This document shows positions 16,320 through 26,000 of a stretch of DNA of 32,000 bases, in pieces; position 1 is the stretch's first letter, and each line of letters begins with the position of its first letter. The notes under the pieces were generated by a model that was given only the letters and a program-made list of their open reading frames with translations, was not told where the DNA came from and ran no database searches. The stretch is from positions 600,001 through 632,000 of the forward strand of contig NZ_CP011034.1 of assembly GCF_001465295.1 (NCBI RefSeq), written 5' to 3'. The translations under genes were made by a program, and so were the position numbers. The stretch comes from Pseudoalteromonas translucida KMM 520. Lineage in GTDB: Bacteria; Pseudomonadota; Gammaproteobacteria; Enterobacterales; Alteromonadaceae.

Positions 16320-19094
16320 TTAACTCAGCTGCTCTTGCTGCTCGGCATTTTTAATCTGCTCTTTTAAAAATTGAGCTGCTTTAGAGTATTCAATTTCTAA
16401 TTGATCTCTTAAATCAATTAATTTATCGCTGTTTAGTTCATCTGTTTTACATTGCTCTTCAAACACTATTGCTAGCTCAGCTACGCGATGCGCCCCAATG
16501 GTTTTAGATATTGACTTTAATTGATGGCAACCCTCAAGAATATCACTAACGTTACTTTGCATAACACCAAAGTTAATCGACTTTATTAGTTCTTGGCTTT
16601 GCTCCAAATACATTTTAAAAAAACGGATTTTTTTCGCGTCATCGCCATTAATGTATTTAGCTACTGAATCCATATCTATTGGCATTGCTGGCTTTTGATG
16701 TGGTGTGTCTATGCTCTTGTGATTATGTTTTTCATTCCAGCGAATTAGTGTGCTTTCTAAAACGTTAAGCTCAACCGGTTTAGTAATAAAGTCGTTAATA
16801 CCAACAGCTAAGCAGCGTTCTTTTTCACCTTTTAAAGAGTTGGCTGTCACGGCAATTATATAAGGTTGCGATACAATCGAACCTAGCATTTCGGCCTCAC
16901 TGCGGATTTTTTCGACCATATCGTAGCCAGACATTATCGGCATGTGTAAATCGGTTAAAATGAGCGAGTAGTTACCTTTTCGCCACATATTAATCCCTTC
17001 CTCACCGTTATTAGCTACTTCAACTCCGTAACCTAAGATGTGCAGCTGATCAGTTATAACTTGTTGATTCAAAATATTATCTTCAACTAATAAAATAAGT
17101 TTGTTTGCTGCTAAAGCTTGCTCTGTAGTTAAATGGTTATCGTATGCTATGGATTTTTTTATGTGCTTAGGCTGATGCAAACCTGCAGCTACAAGTATTG
17201 ATAGCATAAAGTTAGACTTACATAATGGCGTTGCATTAATATAAAAAATATTTTTATGATTAATAGCGGCATCATCTAGCTTGCTTAAAACGACAACTTG
17301 CTGATTATTATCCTCTAAAGAGTAAAGCAAACGTCTTAAAAATGCATTTATGCTGTCCATATTATCAATGCCATCAACAACCCAAATGATATCTTTAGCG
17401 TCGTGCAAAGACTCAATTTCTTGCTCGTTATGCACATAGGTTATTTTAGCGCCCATAAATGATAAATAACGATAGATTACTTTTTCACGTTCAACATTAT
17501 TACTTACTACAACAATATGCCTGCCATCTAAGCTGTTTTTATGTGCGAACTTAATTTTTCCTGAGGTACTAAATGGCAGTTCTACAGTGAACTCACTACC
17601 TATGCCAATATTACTATTAACCGATATAGTACCCAGCATTAACTCGGTTAAACTTTTACAAATTGACAAGCCAAGGCCGGTTCCGCCGTATTCTCTGGTT
17701 ATTGAGCTTTCTGCTTGAATAAATGGATTAAATATCTCTCTTAATTGTGCTTGGCTCATACCTTTACCGTTATCGGTAACACAAAAACGTAAAGTGAAGT
17801 GTTCTGCAGTGTTGTGAGCTACCTCTACAGAAATATTAACCTGCCCCTTATGCGACTCACTCGTACTAGTAAACTTAATCGCATTGCTGCATAGGTTATA
17901 TAGTATCTGGCGTACTCGAGTGTTATCACCAATAAGGTTAATAGGGATATCAGGAGCAATTGATAGGTTTAAATCGAGATCGCGGTGCTTGGCTATAGAA
18001 GAAAGTACGCGCACCACCTCTTCAATCGTATCGGTGACAGAAAATGGGATAGGGTCAATATTAAGTTTGCCTGCTTCAATTTTAGAAAAATCTAAAATGT
18101 CGTCCAAAATACTCAGTAAAGAAAAAGCAGATTCGCGAATAATTGTACTAAGGCGATGTTGTGAGCCATCTAAATTTGTTTGGCGCAGTAAATCTATAGT
18201 CCCTATAACGCCATTCATAGGGGTTCTAATTTCATGGCTCATAGTCGCTAAAAAGGTTGTTTTAGTTTCACTCGCTTTTTGCGCATTTAATGTTTCTTTT
18301 TCAAGTGCAAGGGTTCGAGTTTGCACTTCAATTTCGAGATTGTTTTGCAGTTTTTGTAATTCTTTTTGAGTTTTTTCATTCTCAGATAAAGCCGCTTGTA
18401 CTTTTTTTAATAAAAAATTAATATTAAGTGCAATCACATTCAAGCCATTGCCTAGCTGCTCATTTACAGTGCTGTTAAAATTACTGCTATCAGTTACAGC
18501 CTGTAGTTCTTCGCTGAGCAAGCCAGTACTTTTACGTAAACGATTATTAATATATTGATTTAATAGCAGCGCTAATACAAATAATGTAATAACCGCAATA
18601 CAAGCCACAAAATAGGCGCTCAATAATGACGTTTGTTTAGTTAAAGTAGGTGAGGATTTTTTTTGCTTTAAAATAAGCTCGCCAATAGGTTGGTCGTTAA
18701 GCGTTAAAACCTTATGTAAAACACCTTGCTCAACTAAGTGCTCATTTAGTTTAATAGCAGCAATTGCAGGTTTGTTAGTGCTATATACCAGCTCCGTTTG
18801 TGATGTAGCGCTAAAGCGATATAGCGTGTATTCAAAGTTGTCACTAAACACAGAGGTAAGCTCAAGCAACTCTTGCACTTTACCTTGCCCGTAAATAGTT
18901 AAAGCGTCGACTAGAGGGGCTTCTAGCTTGTTAGCCAGTGAAGTAATATCAATAAGCGGTGTGCTTTTTTTAGTACTTGCTTCACTTTGAGAATAAAGTG
19001 AAAAGGCAATTATAAATAGTATGGTTATAATTACATTACTTAATAAAAAAAGAGGTAACAAACCTTTTATCACTGAAGAGAACTTACTCTGCAT
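16320..19094 (-). CDS. Unorthodox (tripartite) hybrid sensor histidine kinase with BarA/GacS-like architecture
   Basis: Two TM segments flank a periplasmic region of about 120 aa. HAMP-like linker (LGNGLNVIALNINFLLKKV). Coiled coil. H-box FLATMSHEIRTPMNGVIGT. N/G boxes LYNLCSNAIKFT, VTDNGKGM, GGTGLGLSI. A spacer of about 120 aa follows. Receiver LLVEDNILN...LILTDLHMPIMSGYDM...KPV. HPt CHQLKSISKTIGAH. The length of 924 aa and the domain order match BarA (918 aa). Orthology is not established. Confidence 0.85.
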   Translation of the reverse strand: MQSKFSSVIKGLLPLFLLSNVIITILFIIAFSLYSQSEASTKKSTPLIDITSLANKLEAPLVDALTIYGQGKVQELLELTSVFSDNFEYTLYRFSATSQTELVYSTNKPAIAAIKLNEHLVEQGVLHKVLTLNDQPIGELILKQKKSSPTLTKQTSLLSAYFVACIAVITLFVLALLLNQYINNRLRKSTGLLSEELQAVTDSSNFNSTVNEQLGNGLNVIALNINFLLKKVQAALSENEKTQKELQKLQNNLEIEVQTRTLALEKETLNAQKASETKTTFLATMSHEIRTPMNGVIGTIDLLRQTNLDGSQHRLSTIIRESAFSLLSILDDILDFSKIEAGKLNIDPIPFSVTDTIEEVVRVLSSIAKHRDLDLNLSIAPDIPINLIGDNTRVRQILYNLCSNAIKFTSTSESHKGQVNISVEVAHNTAEHFTLRFCVTDNGKGMSQAQLREIFNPFIQAESSITREYGGTGLGLSICKSLTELMLGTISVNSNIGIGSEFTVELPFSTSGKIKFAHKNSLDGRHIVVVSNNVEREKVIYRYLSFMGAKITYVHNEQEIESLHDAKDIIWVVDGIDNMDSINAFLRRLLYSLEDNNQQVVVLSKLDDAAINHKNIFYINATPLCKSNFMLSILVAAGLHQPKHIKKSIAYDNHLTTEQALAANKLILLVEDNILNQQVITDQLHILGYGVEVANNGEEGINMWRKGNYSLILTDLHMPIMSGYDMVEKIRSEAEMLGSIVSQPYIIAVTANSLKGEKERCLAVGINDFITKPVELNVLESTLIRWNEKHNHKSIDTPHQKPAMPIDMDSVAKYINGDDAKKIRFFKMYLEQSQELIKSINFGVMQSNVSDILEGCHQLKSISKTIGAHRVAELAIVFEEQCKTDELNSDKLIDLRDQLEIEYSKAAQFLKEQIKNAEQQEQLS

Positions 19095-19294
19095 GGATTT
19101 TTCCTAATTGGTATATTAATAACACGGTAAGCCTTTACCGTACTTTGAATAGAACGATGTAAAAAATACACAATAATATTAGCATAGTTTAAGTTAAAGT
19201 TATGATGCTACTTTTTGCTGGTTTGTAGTATAAATGAGCAGTGTTAATTAAAAAAGCCCCGAGTTGCATAAAAACCGTGCAAACAGTTATTAAG

Positions 19295-19345
19295 AATGAA
19301 AAAAAAGTTGACTTGTAACGGCAAAACTCGTTTAATACGCCGCAC
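19295..19345 (+). promoter_or_regulatory. Sigma70-type stable-RNA promoter for the tRNA array
   Basis: -35 TTGACT (19308-19313), an exact 17-nt spacer, and -10 TTTAAT (19331-19336). An A-rich UP-like tract (GAATGAAAAAAAAG) lies upstream. A GC-rich discriminator ACGCCGCAC sits directly before the first tRNA at 19346. Confidence 0.6.
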
Positions 19346-19421
19346 GCCCAGATAGCTCAGTCGGTAGAGCAGAGGATTGAAAATCCTCGTGTCCGTGGTT
19401 CGATTCCGCGTCTGGGCACCA
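19346..19421 (+). tRNA. tRNA-Phe (GAA), isodecoder 1
   Basis: 76 nt, GCCCAGATAGCTCAGTCGGTAGAGCAGAGGATTGAAAATCCTC...TCTGGGCACCA. Near-identical to E. coli tRNA-Phe. The anticodon loop is TTGAAAA. CCA is encoded. Confidence 0.95.
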
Positions 19422-19493
19422 TTATTAAATAATAGTGTTTGAAATCAAAGATATTAAACAGTATTATGCGTGCCTTAGCACACAGTTTTGTGT

Positions 19494-19569
<76 letters not shown>

Positions 19570-19636
19570 TTTATTTACTAAATTATTTTACTAAAAAGTT
19601 AACTTAGAATATTTAGTTAACTAGCACAGTTTATGT

Positions 19637-19712
19637 GCCTCGATAGCTCAGTCGGTAGAGCAGAGGATTGAAAATCCTCGTGTCCGTGGTTCGATTCCGC
19701 GTCGAGGCACCA
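19637..19712 (+). tRNA. tRNA-Phe (GAA), isodecoder 2, copy 1
   Basis: 76 nt. Identical to the first tRNA-Phe except for the acceptor stem, GCCTCGA.../...TCGAGGC. CCA is encoded. Confidence 0.95.
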
Positions 19713-19771
19713 TTTATTAAAAGTTATCAATCTTTAAAATTGATAAAGTGCCTTAGCACACAGTTTTGTGT

Positions 19772-19847
<76 letters not shown>

Positions 19848-19914
19848 TTTATTTACTAAATTATTTTACTAAAAAGTTAACTTAGAATATTTAGTTAACT
19901 AGCACAGTTTATGT

Positions 19915-19990
19915 GCCTCGATAGCTCAGTCGGTAGAGCAGAGGATTGAAAATCCTCGTGTCCGTGGTTCGATTCCGCGTCGAGGCACCA
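19915..19990 (+). tRNA. tRNA-Phe (GAA), isodecoder 2, copy 2
   Basis: Identical by eye to 19637..19712. Confidence 0.95.
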
Positions 19991-19999
19991 TTTATTAAA

Positions 20000-20030
20000 A
20001 ACCTCACTCTTGTGAGGTTTTTTTGTTTTT
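20000..20030 (+). terminator. Rho-independent terminator of the tRNA operon
   Basis: AACCTCAC (20000-20007) - TCTT - GTGAGGTT (20012-20019), followed by TTTTTGTTTTT. Confidence 0.85.
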
Positions 20031-20064
20031 ACGATATTATTTTTCCCTGCAGGCCATTCTATAC

Positions 20065-20095
20065 AGCTTAAAATTGTTCCAGAAAATTTTAAGCT
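20065..20095. promoter_or_regulatory. 11-bp perfect inverted repeat upstream of the efflux operon (candidate operator or structural element)
   Basis: AGCTTAAAATT (20065-20075) - 9 nt - AATTTTAAGCT (20085-20095). It lies about 220 nt upstream of the OMF start codon. The function is unknown. Confidence 0.25.
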
Positions 20096-20315
20096 CATCA
20101 GTACACTACTTACTAACCCCTTAATTATATAAACCTGCTTATAGTTACTTTCAACTTTACAGTTAATGAACTTAGTGCTCATTAATACCGAAATAGAGTA
20201 TAAATAGTTATCCGATAGTTTATGGCTAATTATGTAATGTTATGTAAAGTAAGTTGAGCGTTTTAGTTCAAAGTGCTTGAATTACATTATAAATAGCAGT
20301 AATTCAGGTTTAATT

Positions 20316-21734
20316 ATGATTTGGCAACAATACCAGCCAACTTTATTGGTACTCAGTATTGTGCTGCTCAGCGGCTGTGCGAGCAATATAAATTCACAGC
20401 AGCGCGAACAAGCACCTAATAATGTACCGCAGCAATGGCAACAAAAAATCTCTGCGCCGATATTGCACGTACAACAGCAATGGCTTAATCAATTACAAAA
20501 TCCACAGTTAAATCAACTTGTGGAGCAGGCACTTAAAAATAACCAGCAGCTTTTACAGAGTAGTTACGATGTAGCGCTCCAAAAGCAGGAGTTAATTGTG
20601 TCGGGCGCAGCGTTGTGGCCAACCTTGGACTTATCTGCGCGTACTAGTCGCAGTAAAAATAACCGCCCAGTTAGTTATAATAATGCAAGTTCAGTGAGCT
20701 TGAATTTAGGTTACGAAGTTGATTTATGGGGCAAGCTGTCAGATTCTAATCGCCAAGCTAATTTAAACTACTTAGCGCAACAGGCGCGCTTTGAACAAGC
20801 AAGGCAACAGCTAGTTGCCGATGTAGTAAAGAGCTGGTTTGATGTAGTAACCGCAAAGCAATTACTTGATTTATACAAGCGCCGTGAAGCCAATGCTTTG
20901 CAAAATCTTGATATTATAGAGTCAGGTTATCGTCAAGGGTTAAACGAAGCTCTCGATGTTTACTTGGCCCGTAACGAGCTAAATAACGAGCGTTCACGTA
21001 TTGCTACTCAGCAAGCAAGCTTATTAACGACAGCAAGAGTACTTGAGCGTTTATTGGGAGATTATCCGAAAGGAATTATCTCGGCAAATAATGACCTGCC
21101 AGTTATCAATACTAACATTCCACTCGGTTTACCCTCAGAGTTAATTACCCGAAAGCCAACATTACGTGCAAATTGGTATCAGCTTTTAGCAAGTGATGCG
21201 AACTTGGCTTACGCCCATAAGCAACGCTTTCCAAGTTTAAATTTAACGGCAAGTTTAAGTGATGCGACAGATAGAGTGAGTGATCTGTTTTCGCCATCTA
21301 GCCTAGCATGGTCGTTACTTGGCAGTATTTCAGCGCCTATTTTTAATGGTGGCCGGTTAAAAGCGAATGAAGAAATTGCGCGTTTAAATAGCCAAAAACA
21401 AGAGCAGCAGTATTTACAAGCACTTTACGATGCTTTTAGCGACGTAGAAAATGCGATTACGCTACAGCAATCACTTAAGGCGCAGTATGCAAGCACGCTA
21501 GAAGCACAAGAAAATGCCCTTGCTGCCGAACAACTATCGTTTGAGCAATATCAAAGTGGCTTGGTTAGCTACACCACAGTGCTTGACGCACAAGGACGCT
21601 CGTTCGATGCTCAAAGCTCCTTAATTAGTATTAAAAATCAATTAATAGCAAACCGAGTTAATTTACACCTTGCCCTTGGTGGCGACTTTGCAAACACTTC
21701 AACCGAACTACAGAGTAATAACAATGAAAACTAA
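20316..21734 (+). CDS. RND efflux outer-membrane lipoprotein (NodT/OMF family)
   Basis: The start is placed at ATG 20316 (MIWQQYQPTLLVLSIVLLSGC), giving a signal peptide with lipobox LLSGC. It has two OEP-type repeats with heptad-rich helices. The tail NRVNLHLALGG is typical of NodT-family OMFs. Confidence 0.85.
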   Translation: MIWQQYQPTLLVLSIVLLSGCASNINSQQREQAPNNVPQQWQQKISAPILHVQQQWLNQLQNPQLNQLVEQALKNNQQLLQSSYDVALQKQELIVSGAALWPTLDLSARTSRSKNNRPVSYNNASSVSLNLGYEVDLWGKLSDSNRQANLNYLAQQARFEQARQQLVADVVKSWFDVVTAKQLLDLYKRREANALQNLDIIESGYRQGLNEALDVYLARNELNNERSRIATQQASLLTTARVLERLLGDYPKGIISANNDLPVINTNIPLGLPSELITRKPTLRANWYQLLASDANLAYAHKQRFPSLNLTASLSDATDRVSDLFSPSSLAWSLLGSISAPIFNGGRLKANEEIARLNSQKQEQQYLQALYDAFSDVENAITLQQSLKAQYASTLEAQENALAAEQLSFEQYQSGLVSYTTVLDAQGRSFDAQSSLISIKNQLIANRVNLHLALGGDFANTSTELQSNNNEN

Positions 21735-23025
21735 AACAGCAAAAATTATTATTCCAGCCGCGGTTATTATTGCCACTATTTTAATCGTCATGTTTATCAA
21801 AGGTAACCCGCCAGAAGCTAATCGCTTTGGTGCACCACCAAAAGCGTCAATTAACGTAGCAGTTCAAATGCTGCAGCCGCAAAACTATCAAGTGATGGTA
21901 GACAGCTACGGCACAGTAAAACCACGTACACAAAGCTTATTAGTTGCTCAAGCATCGGGTTTAATTATAAATATAAGCGATGACTTTAGAGAAGGCGGTT
22001 TTTTTAAAAAAGGTGCGGTATTAATCCAACTCGACGATAGAGACTATCAAGCAGAAGTTAAATCGGCACAGGCTAACTTACTAACAGCAAAGCAAGGCCT
22101 TTTAGAAGAGCAAGCCCGCGGGCAGCAGGCTATTACAGATTGGCAGCGTTTAGGTAATGATAAACCTGCAAGTAGCTTAGTGCTACGTGAGCCACAATTA
22201 GCTGCAGCACAAGCACAAGTATTATCGGCGCAAGCAACACTTGAAAAAGCCAAGTTAAACTTAGAGCGTACCCAAATAATAGCGCCATTTGCAGGGCGAG
22301 TACTTAGTCGTAATGTAGATTTAGGCCAAGTTGTTAGCAACAACACCCAGCTTGCTACTATTTACGCGATAGACAGCGTAGAAGTTCGGTTGCCAATAAA
22401 AAACAAAGACCTACCTTTCATTAATTTACCTGAGCAGTACCGCGATGGTGCTAAAAATCAGACCGGATCTGTGATTAAATTTAGCTCTGATCTAGTTGGC
22501 GAGCAAACGTGGCAAGGGCAGTTGGCGCGTACTGAAGGTGCTATTGATGAAAGTGCCCAGCAACTCTACGTGGTTGCTAAAATTAATGACCCTTATAAAG
22601 CAACACAAAGTAATCAATACCCAATAAAAATAGGGCAGTACGTTAAAGCGCAGATCACCGGAAAAACAGTTTCTGACGCGCTTATTATTGCAAATAGCAC
22701 GATTTATCAGGGATCTTACGTTTATATTGTTGAGCAGGGAGTATTAAAGCGTAAAGATATAACGCTTGCATGGCAAAGTGCCGCTTTTGCAATGATAAAA
22801 ACCGGCTTAAAAGCAGGTGATAAACTGGTTGTTACGCCACTAGGGCAAGTTAGTTCGGGCACACAAGTGAGTATTTTAGGCGAAGATAACAAAGCGACTA
22901 AACCACAAGGCGTGAAGCAGCGCCCAACAGCAGAGCAATTAGCACAACAAGCAAAAGAGCAAGGCATTAGTGTTGCAGAGCTAGTAAAAAAACGTCGCGC
23001 AGCAAAGCAAGGAGATAAGCCATGA
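21724..23025 (+). CDS. RND efflux periplasmic adaptor (membrane fusion protein, HlyD/AcrA family)
   Basis: ATG 21724 (MKTKTAKIIIPAAVIIATILIV, the membrane anchor) overlaps the OMF stop by 11 nt. Lipoyl/hairpin region DDRDYQAEVKSAQANLLTAK...LERTQIIAPFAGRV. It carries a Lys/Gln-rich C-terminal tail of about 45 aa. Confidence 0.85.
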   Translation: MKTKTAKIIIPAAVIIATILIVMFIKGNPPEANRFGAPPKASINVAVQMLQPQNYQVMVDSYGTVKPRTQSLLVAQASGLIINISDDFREGGFFKKGAVLIQLDDRDYQAEVKSAQANLLTAKQGLLEEQARGQQAITDWQRLGNDKPASSLVLREPQLAAAQAQVLSAQATLEKAKLNLERTQIIAPFAGRVLSRNVDLGQVVSNNTQLATIYAIDSVEVRLPIKNKDLPFINLPEQYRDGAKNQTGSVIKFSSDLVGEQTWQGQLARTEGAIDESAQQLYVVAKINDPYKATQSNQYPIKIGQYVKAQITGKTVSDALIIANSTIYQGSYVYIVEQGVLKRKDITLAWQSAAFAMIKTGLKAGDKLVVTPLGQVSSGTQVSILGEDNKATKPQGVKQRPTAEQLAQQAKEQGISVAELVKKRRAAKQGDKP

Positions 23026-26000
23026 TTGCTTGGTTTACCAAAAACCATGTTGCTGCCAATTTATTGTTAGTAACGTTGTTGCTGTCGGGACTGTTTAGCT
23101 TATCGACAAAAATACCGATCGAAGTATTTCCTTCTTTTGAAACCGATATGATCAGTATTCGGGTTAGTTTACGTGGTGCGACGCCAGAGGATGTTGAGCA
23201 AGGTGTCACTATACGTATAGAAGAGTCTGTACAAGATTTAGAAGGCATAAAGCAAATATTTAGCCGCTCATCTGAAGGTTCGGGCTCTGTGACTGTTGAG
23301 GTGGAGAGCGGTTACGATCCTCGAGAGTTACTCGCTGATATAAAAAGCCGTGTTGATGCTATTAATACCTTTCCTGGAGATGCAGAAAAACCCATCGTTG
23401 CTCTAGCTGAGCGAAAACGAGAGGTTATAGCGGTAACTGTATCTAGCGATTATGGCGAAAAAGAAACTCGTGAGTACGCAGAGCAAGTACGCGATCAAAT
23501 ATTACGTTTACCCAGTGTAACGCAGGTTGAGTTAAGTGGCGTGCGCGACTACGAACTGGCTATTGAAGTAAGCCAAGATACCTTGCGCCAATATGACTTA
23601 ACACTGGCGCAAATTTCTAATGCGGTTGCTAACTCAAGCTCAGACATTTCTGCGGGTAACTTAAAAACCCAAGGTGGTGATGTACTTATTAGCTCAAAAG
23701 GGCAAGCATACCGAAAAGACGAATTTGCCAGCATAGTGGTTAAAAACCAAAGTGACGGTACTATTATTCGCTTAGGTGATATAGCCACAATTAATGATGA
23801 CTTTGAAGAAACCCCAGTGCGTACCCGTTTTAACGGAAAACAAGCCGCTTTTATCGACGTATACCGAATCGGCCCACAAAGCGCAATTACAGTTGCCGAT
23901 GAAGTAAAAGCCTATATAAATGCCCAGCAATCTTCATTGCCGCAAGGTTTTGCATTAAGTTATTGGGATGACGACTCAGAGCTAGTTAAAAGCCGTATTG
24001 CCACGCTTACCACTAACGCCTTACAAGGCGGTATTTTAGTGCTGGCACTGCTAACCTTATTTTTACGCCCAGCTATCGCATTTTGGGTGTTTATTGGTAT
24101 TCCGGTGTCGTTTATGGGGGCATTTATTGCTATGCCTATTTTTGGCGTGACCCTTAATGTAATGAGTTTATTTGGCTTTATTTTGGTACTCGGTATTGTG
24201 GTTGATGATGCCATAGTCACAGGTGAGAACGTTTACACCCATTTAAAAACAGCTGAATCGGGCGAACAAGCTGCCATATTAGGCACCCAAGAAGTAGCAA
24301 CGCCAGTCACTTTTGGTGTATTAACTACGGTAGCAGCCTTTTTACCATTAGCCTTTATTGAAGGTGCGCGCGGGGCATTATTTGCACAAATTCCTGTGGT
24401 GGTTATTCCGGTATTATTGTTTTCTTTAATTGAGTCTAAATTTGTTTTACCTGCACATTTAAAATACATAAAGCTACGTCATCAAAAAGGTAAGCAGTCA
24501 AAATTTGATCTGCTACAGCAACGTTTTGCTGATGGCTTTGAAAGTGCCATTTTAAAATATTATCAGCCTATTCTTAATTTAGCTCTGCGTCATAAACTGG
24601 CAACGGTGAGCTTATTTGTTGGCGTATTTTTAATTATTTTAACTATGATCACCAGTGGTTGGACTAAGTTTGTATTTTTTCCACGTATTCCCAGCGAAAC
24701 CGTACGGGTAAACTTAACCCTGCCGGCTGGTACACCGTTTGAAGTAACTAATAAATATGTGATTGATATGTCGCAAAAAGCGCAGCAATTACAAGACAAA
24801 TACCGCGATCCTGATACGGGTGAAAGCGTTATTTTAAATATTTTAGCAACGACTGGCGGGCGCGGCGGAGTATCTAACTCGGGCGCAGTACGCTTTGAAA
24901 TTACCCCAGCTGAAAAACGCGATTCAGATATTGGTTCACGCGAACTTGCCAGTGAATGGCGCGAATTAATTGGCGTTATTCCTGGTGCTGAAAGCCTCAC
25001 CTTTAGAGCCGAAATTGGTCGTAGTTCAGATCCAATAGATGTGCAGCTTAGCGGTACATCGTTAAAGGTTTTACAAGATGTGGCAGATCATATTAAAACG
25101 CGTTTATCGACTTACCCAACCGTATTCGATATTGCCGATAGTATGTCTGATGGTAAAGAAGAGCTGCAAATAGAGCTTACTGAACAAGGCTTAGCGCTGG
25201 GCTTAAACCGAGTTAATGTAGCAGGGCAAGTGCGTAACTCGTTTTTTGGCTCGCAAGTGCAAAGGATCCAACGCGGGCGAGACGATGTGCGGGTAATGGT
25301 ACGTTTGCCTATTGACGAAAGACGCTCGGTGGCCGACTTGCAAAATATACTCATAAACACACCAGCCGGTGGCTCAGTGCCTTTATCGCATGTGGCTATT
25401 TTAATTACAGGGCAAAGCCCGTCTACTATCAATCGGATCGATCGCTACCGTACTTTAAACGTGACCGCCGATATAGAAAAAAGCAACACTAACATGACCA
25501 TACTCCAAGCTGATTTATCCCAGTATTTAGATGAGCTAATGCAGCAATACCCAGGAGTAGATTATGCATTAGAAGGTGAAGCAAAAGAGCAAAGAGAGTC
25601 GTTTGGCTCACTTGCTTGGGCGTTAGTATTTGTATTTTTTATTATTTATGCGCTACTAGCGATACCGTTTAAATCGTACTTACAGCCATTAATAGTAATG
25701 AGTGTTATACCCTTTGGCATGATAGGCGCTGTAGTAGGGCATTGGATCATGGGGATGGAATTAACCATTATGAGCTTGCTTGGCATGCTAGCGTTAATTG
25801 GTGTAGTGGTTAATGACTCACTGGTATTAGTTGACTATATTAATAAAAAACGCACCGAAGGGCTTGAATTAATTGAGGTCGTTAAACTTGCCGGCGCGTC
25901 ACGTTTTCGCCCAGTTATGCTAACTAGCTTAACCACCTTTATAGGGTTAATGCCGTTATTATTTGAAAAAGCGACTCAAGCGCAATTTTTAATCCCTATG

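Noticed and set aside
17884-18369. 161-aa ORF antisense to the hybrid kinase gene. The same applies to the other antisense track ORFs, for example 138..494, 1557..1745, 3019..3246, 7413..7655, 8673..8906, 9897..10220, 10839..11075 and 11154..11345.
   Set aside because: These are shadow ORFs lying wholly inside well-supported genes on the opposite strand. They have low-complexity Ser/Leu/Cys-rich translations and no start context.
19895-20182. 95-aa ORF on the minus strand
   Set aside because: It runs antisense through the third tRNA-Phe and the tRNA operon terminator. It has no SD and a biased composition, so it is an artefact of non-coding sequence.
21670-21723. 18-codon N-terminal extension of the MFP ORF, and the TTG-started extension of the OMF ORF (20277-20315)
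   Set aside because: Internal ATGs at 21724 and 20316 give a canonical membrane anchor and a lipoprotein signal peptide respectively. The extensions are out-of-context read-through of the upstream frame.
22047-25432. Series of 78-136-aa minus-strand ORFs inside the MFP and RND genes (22047.., 22722.., 22967.., 23549.., 23960.., 24233.., 24590.., 25112..)
   Set aside because: They are antisense shadows of the long efflux genes. The sense-strand proteins have full-length family architecture.
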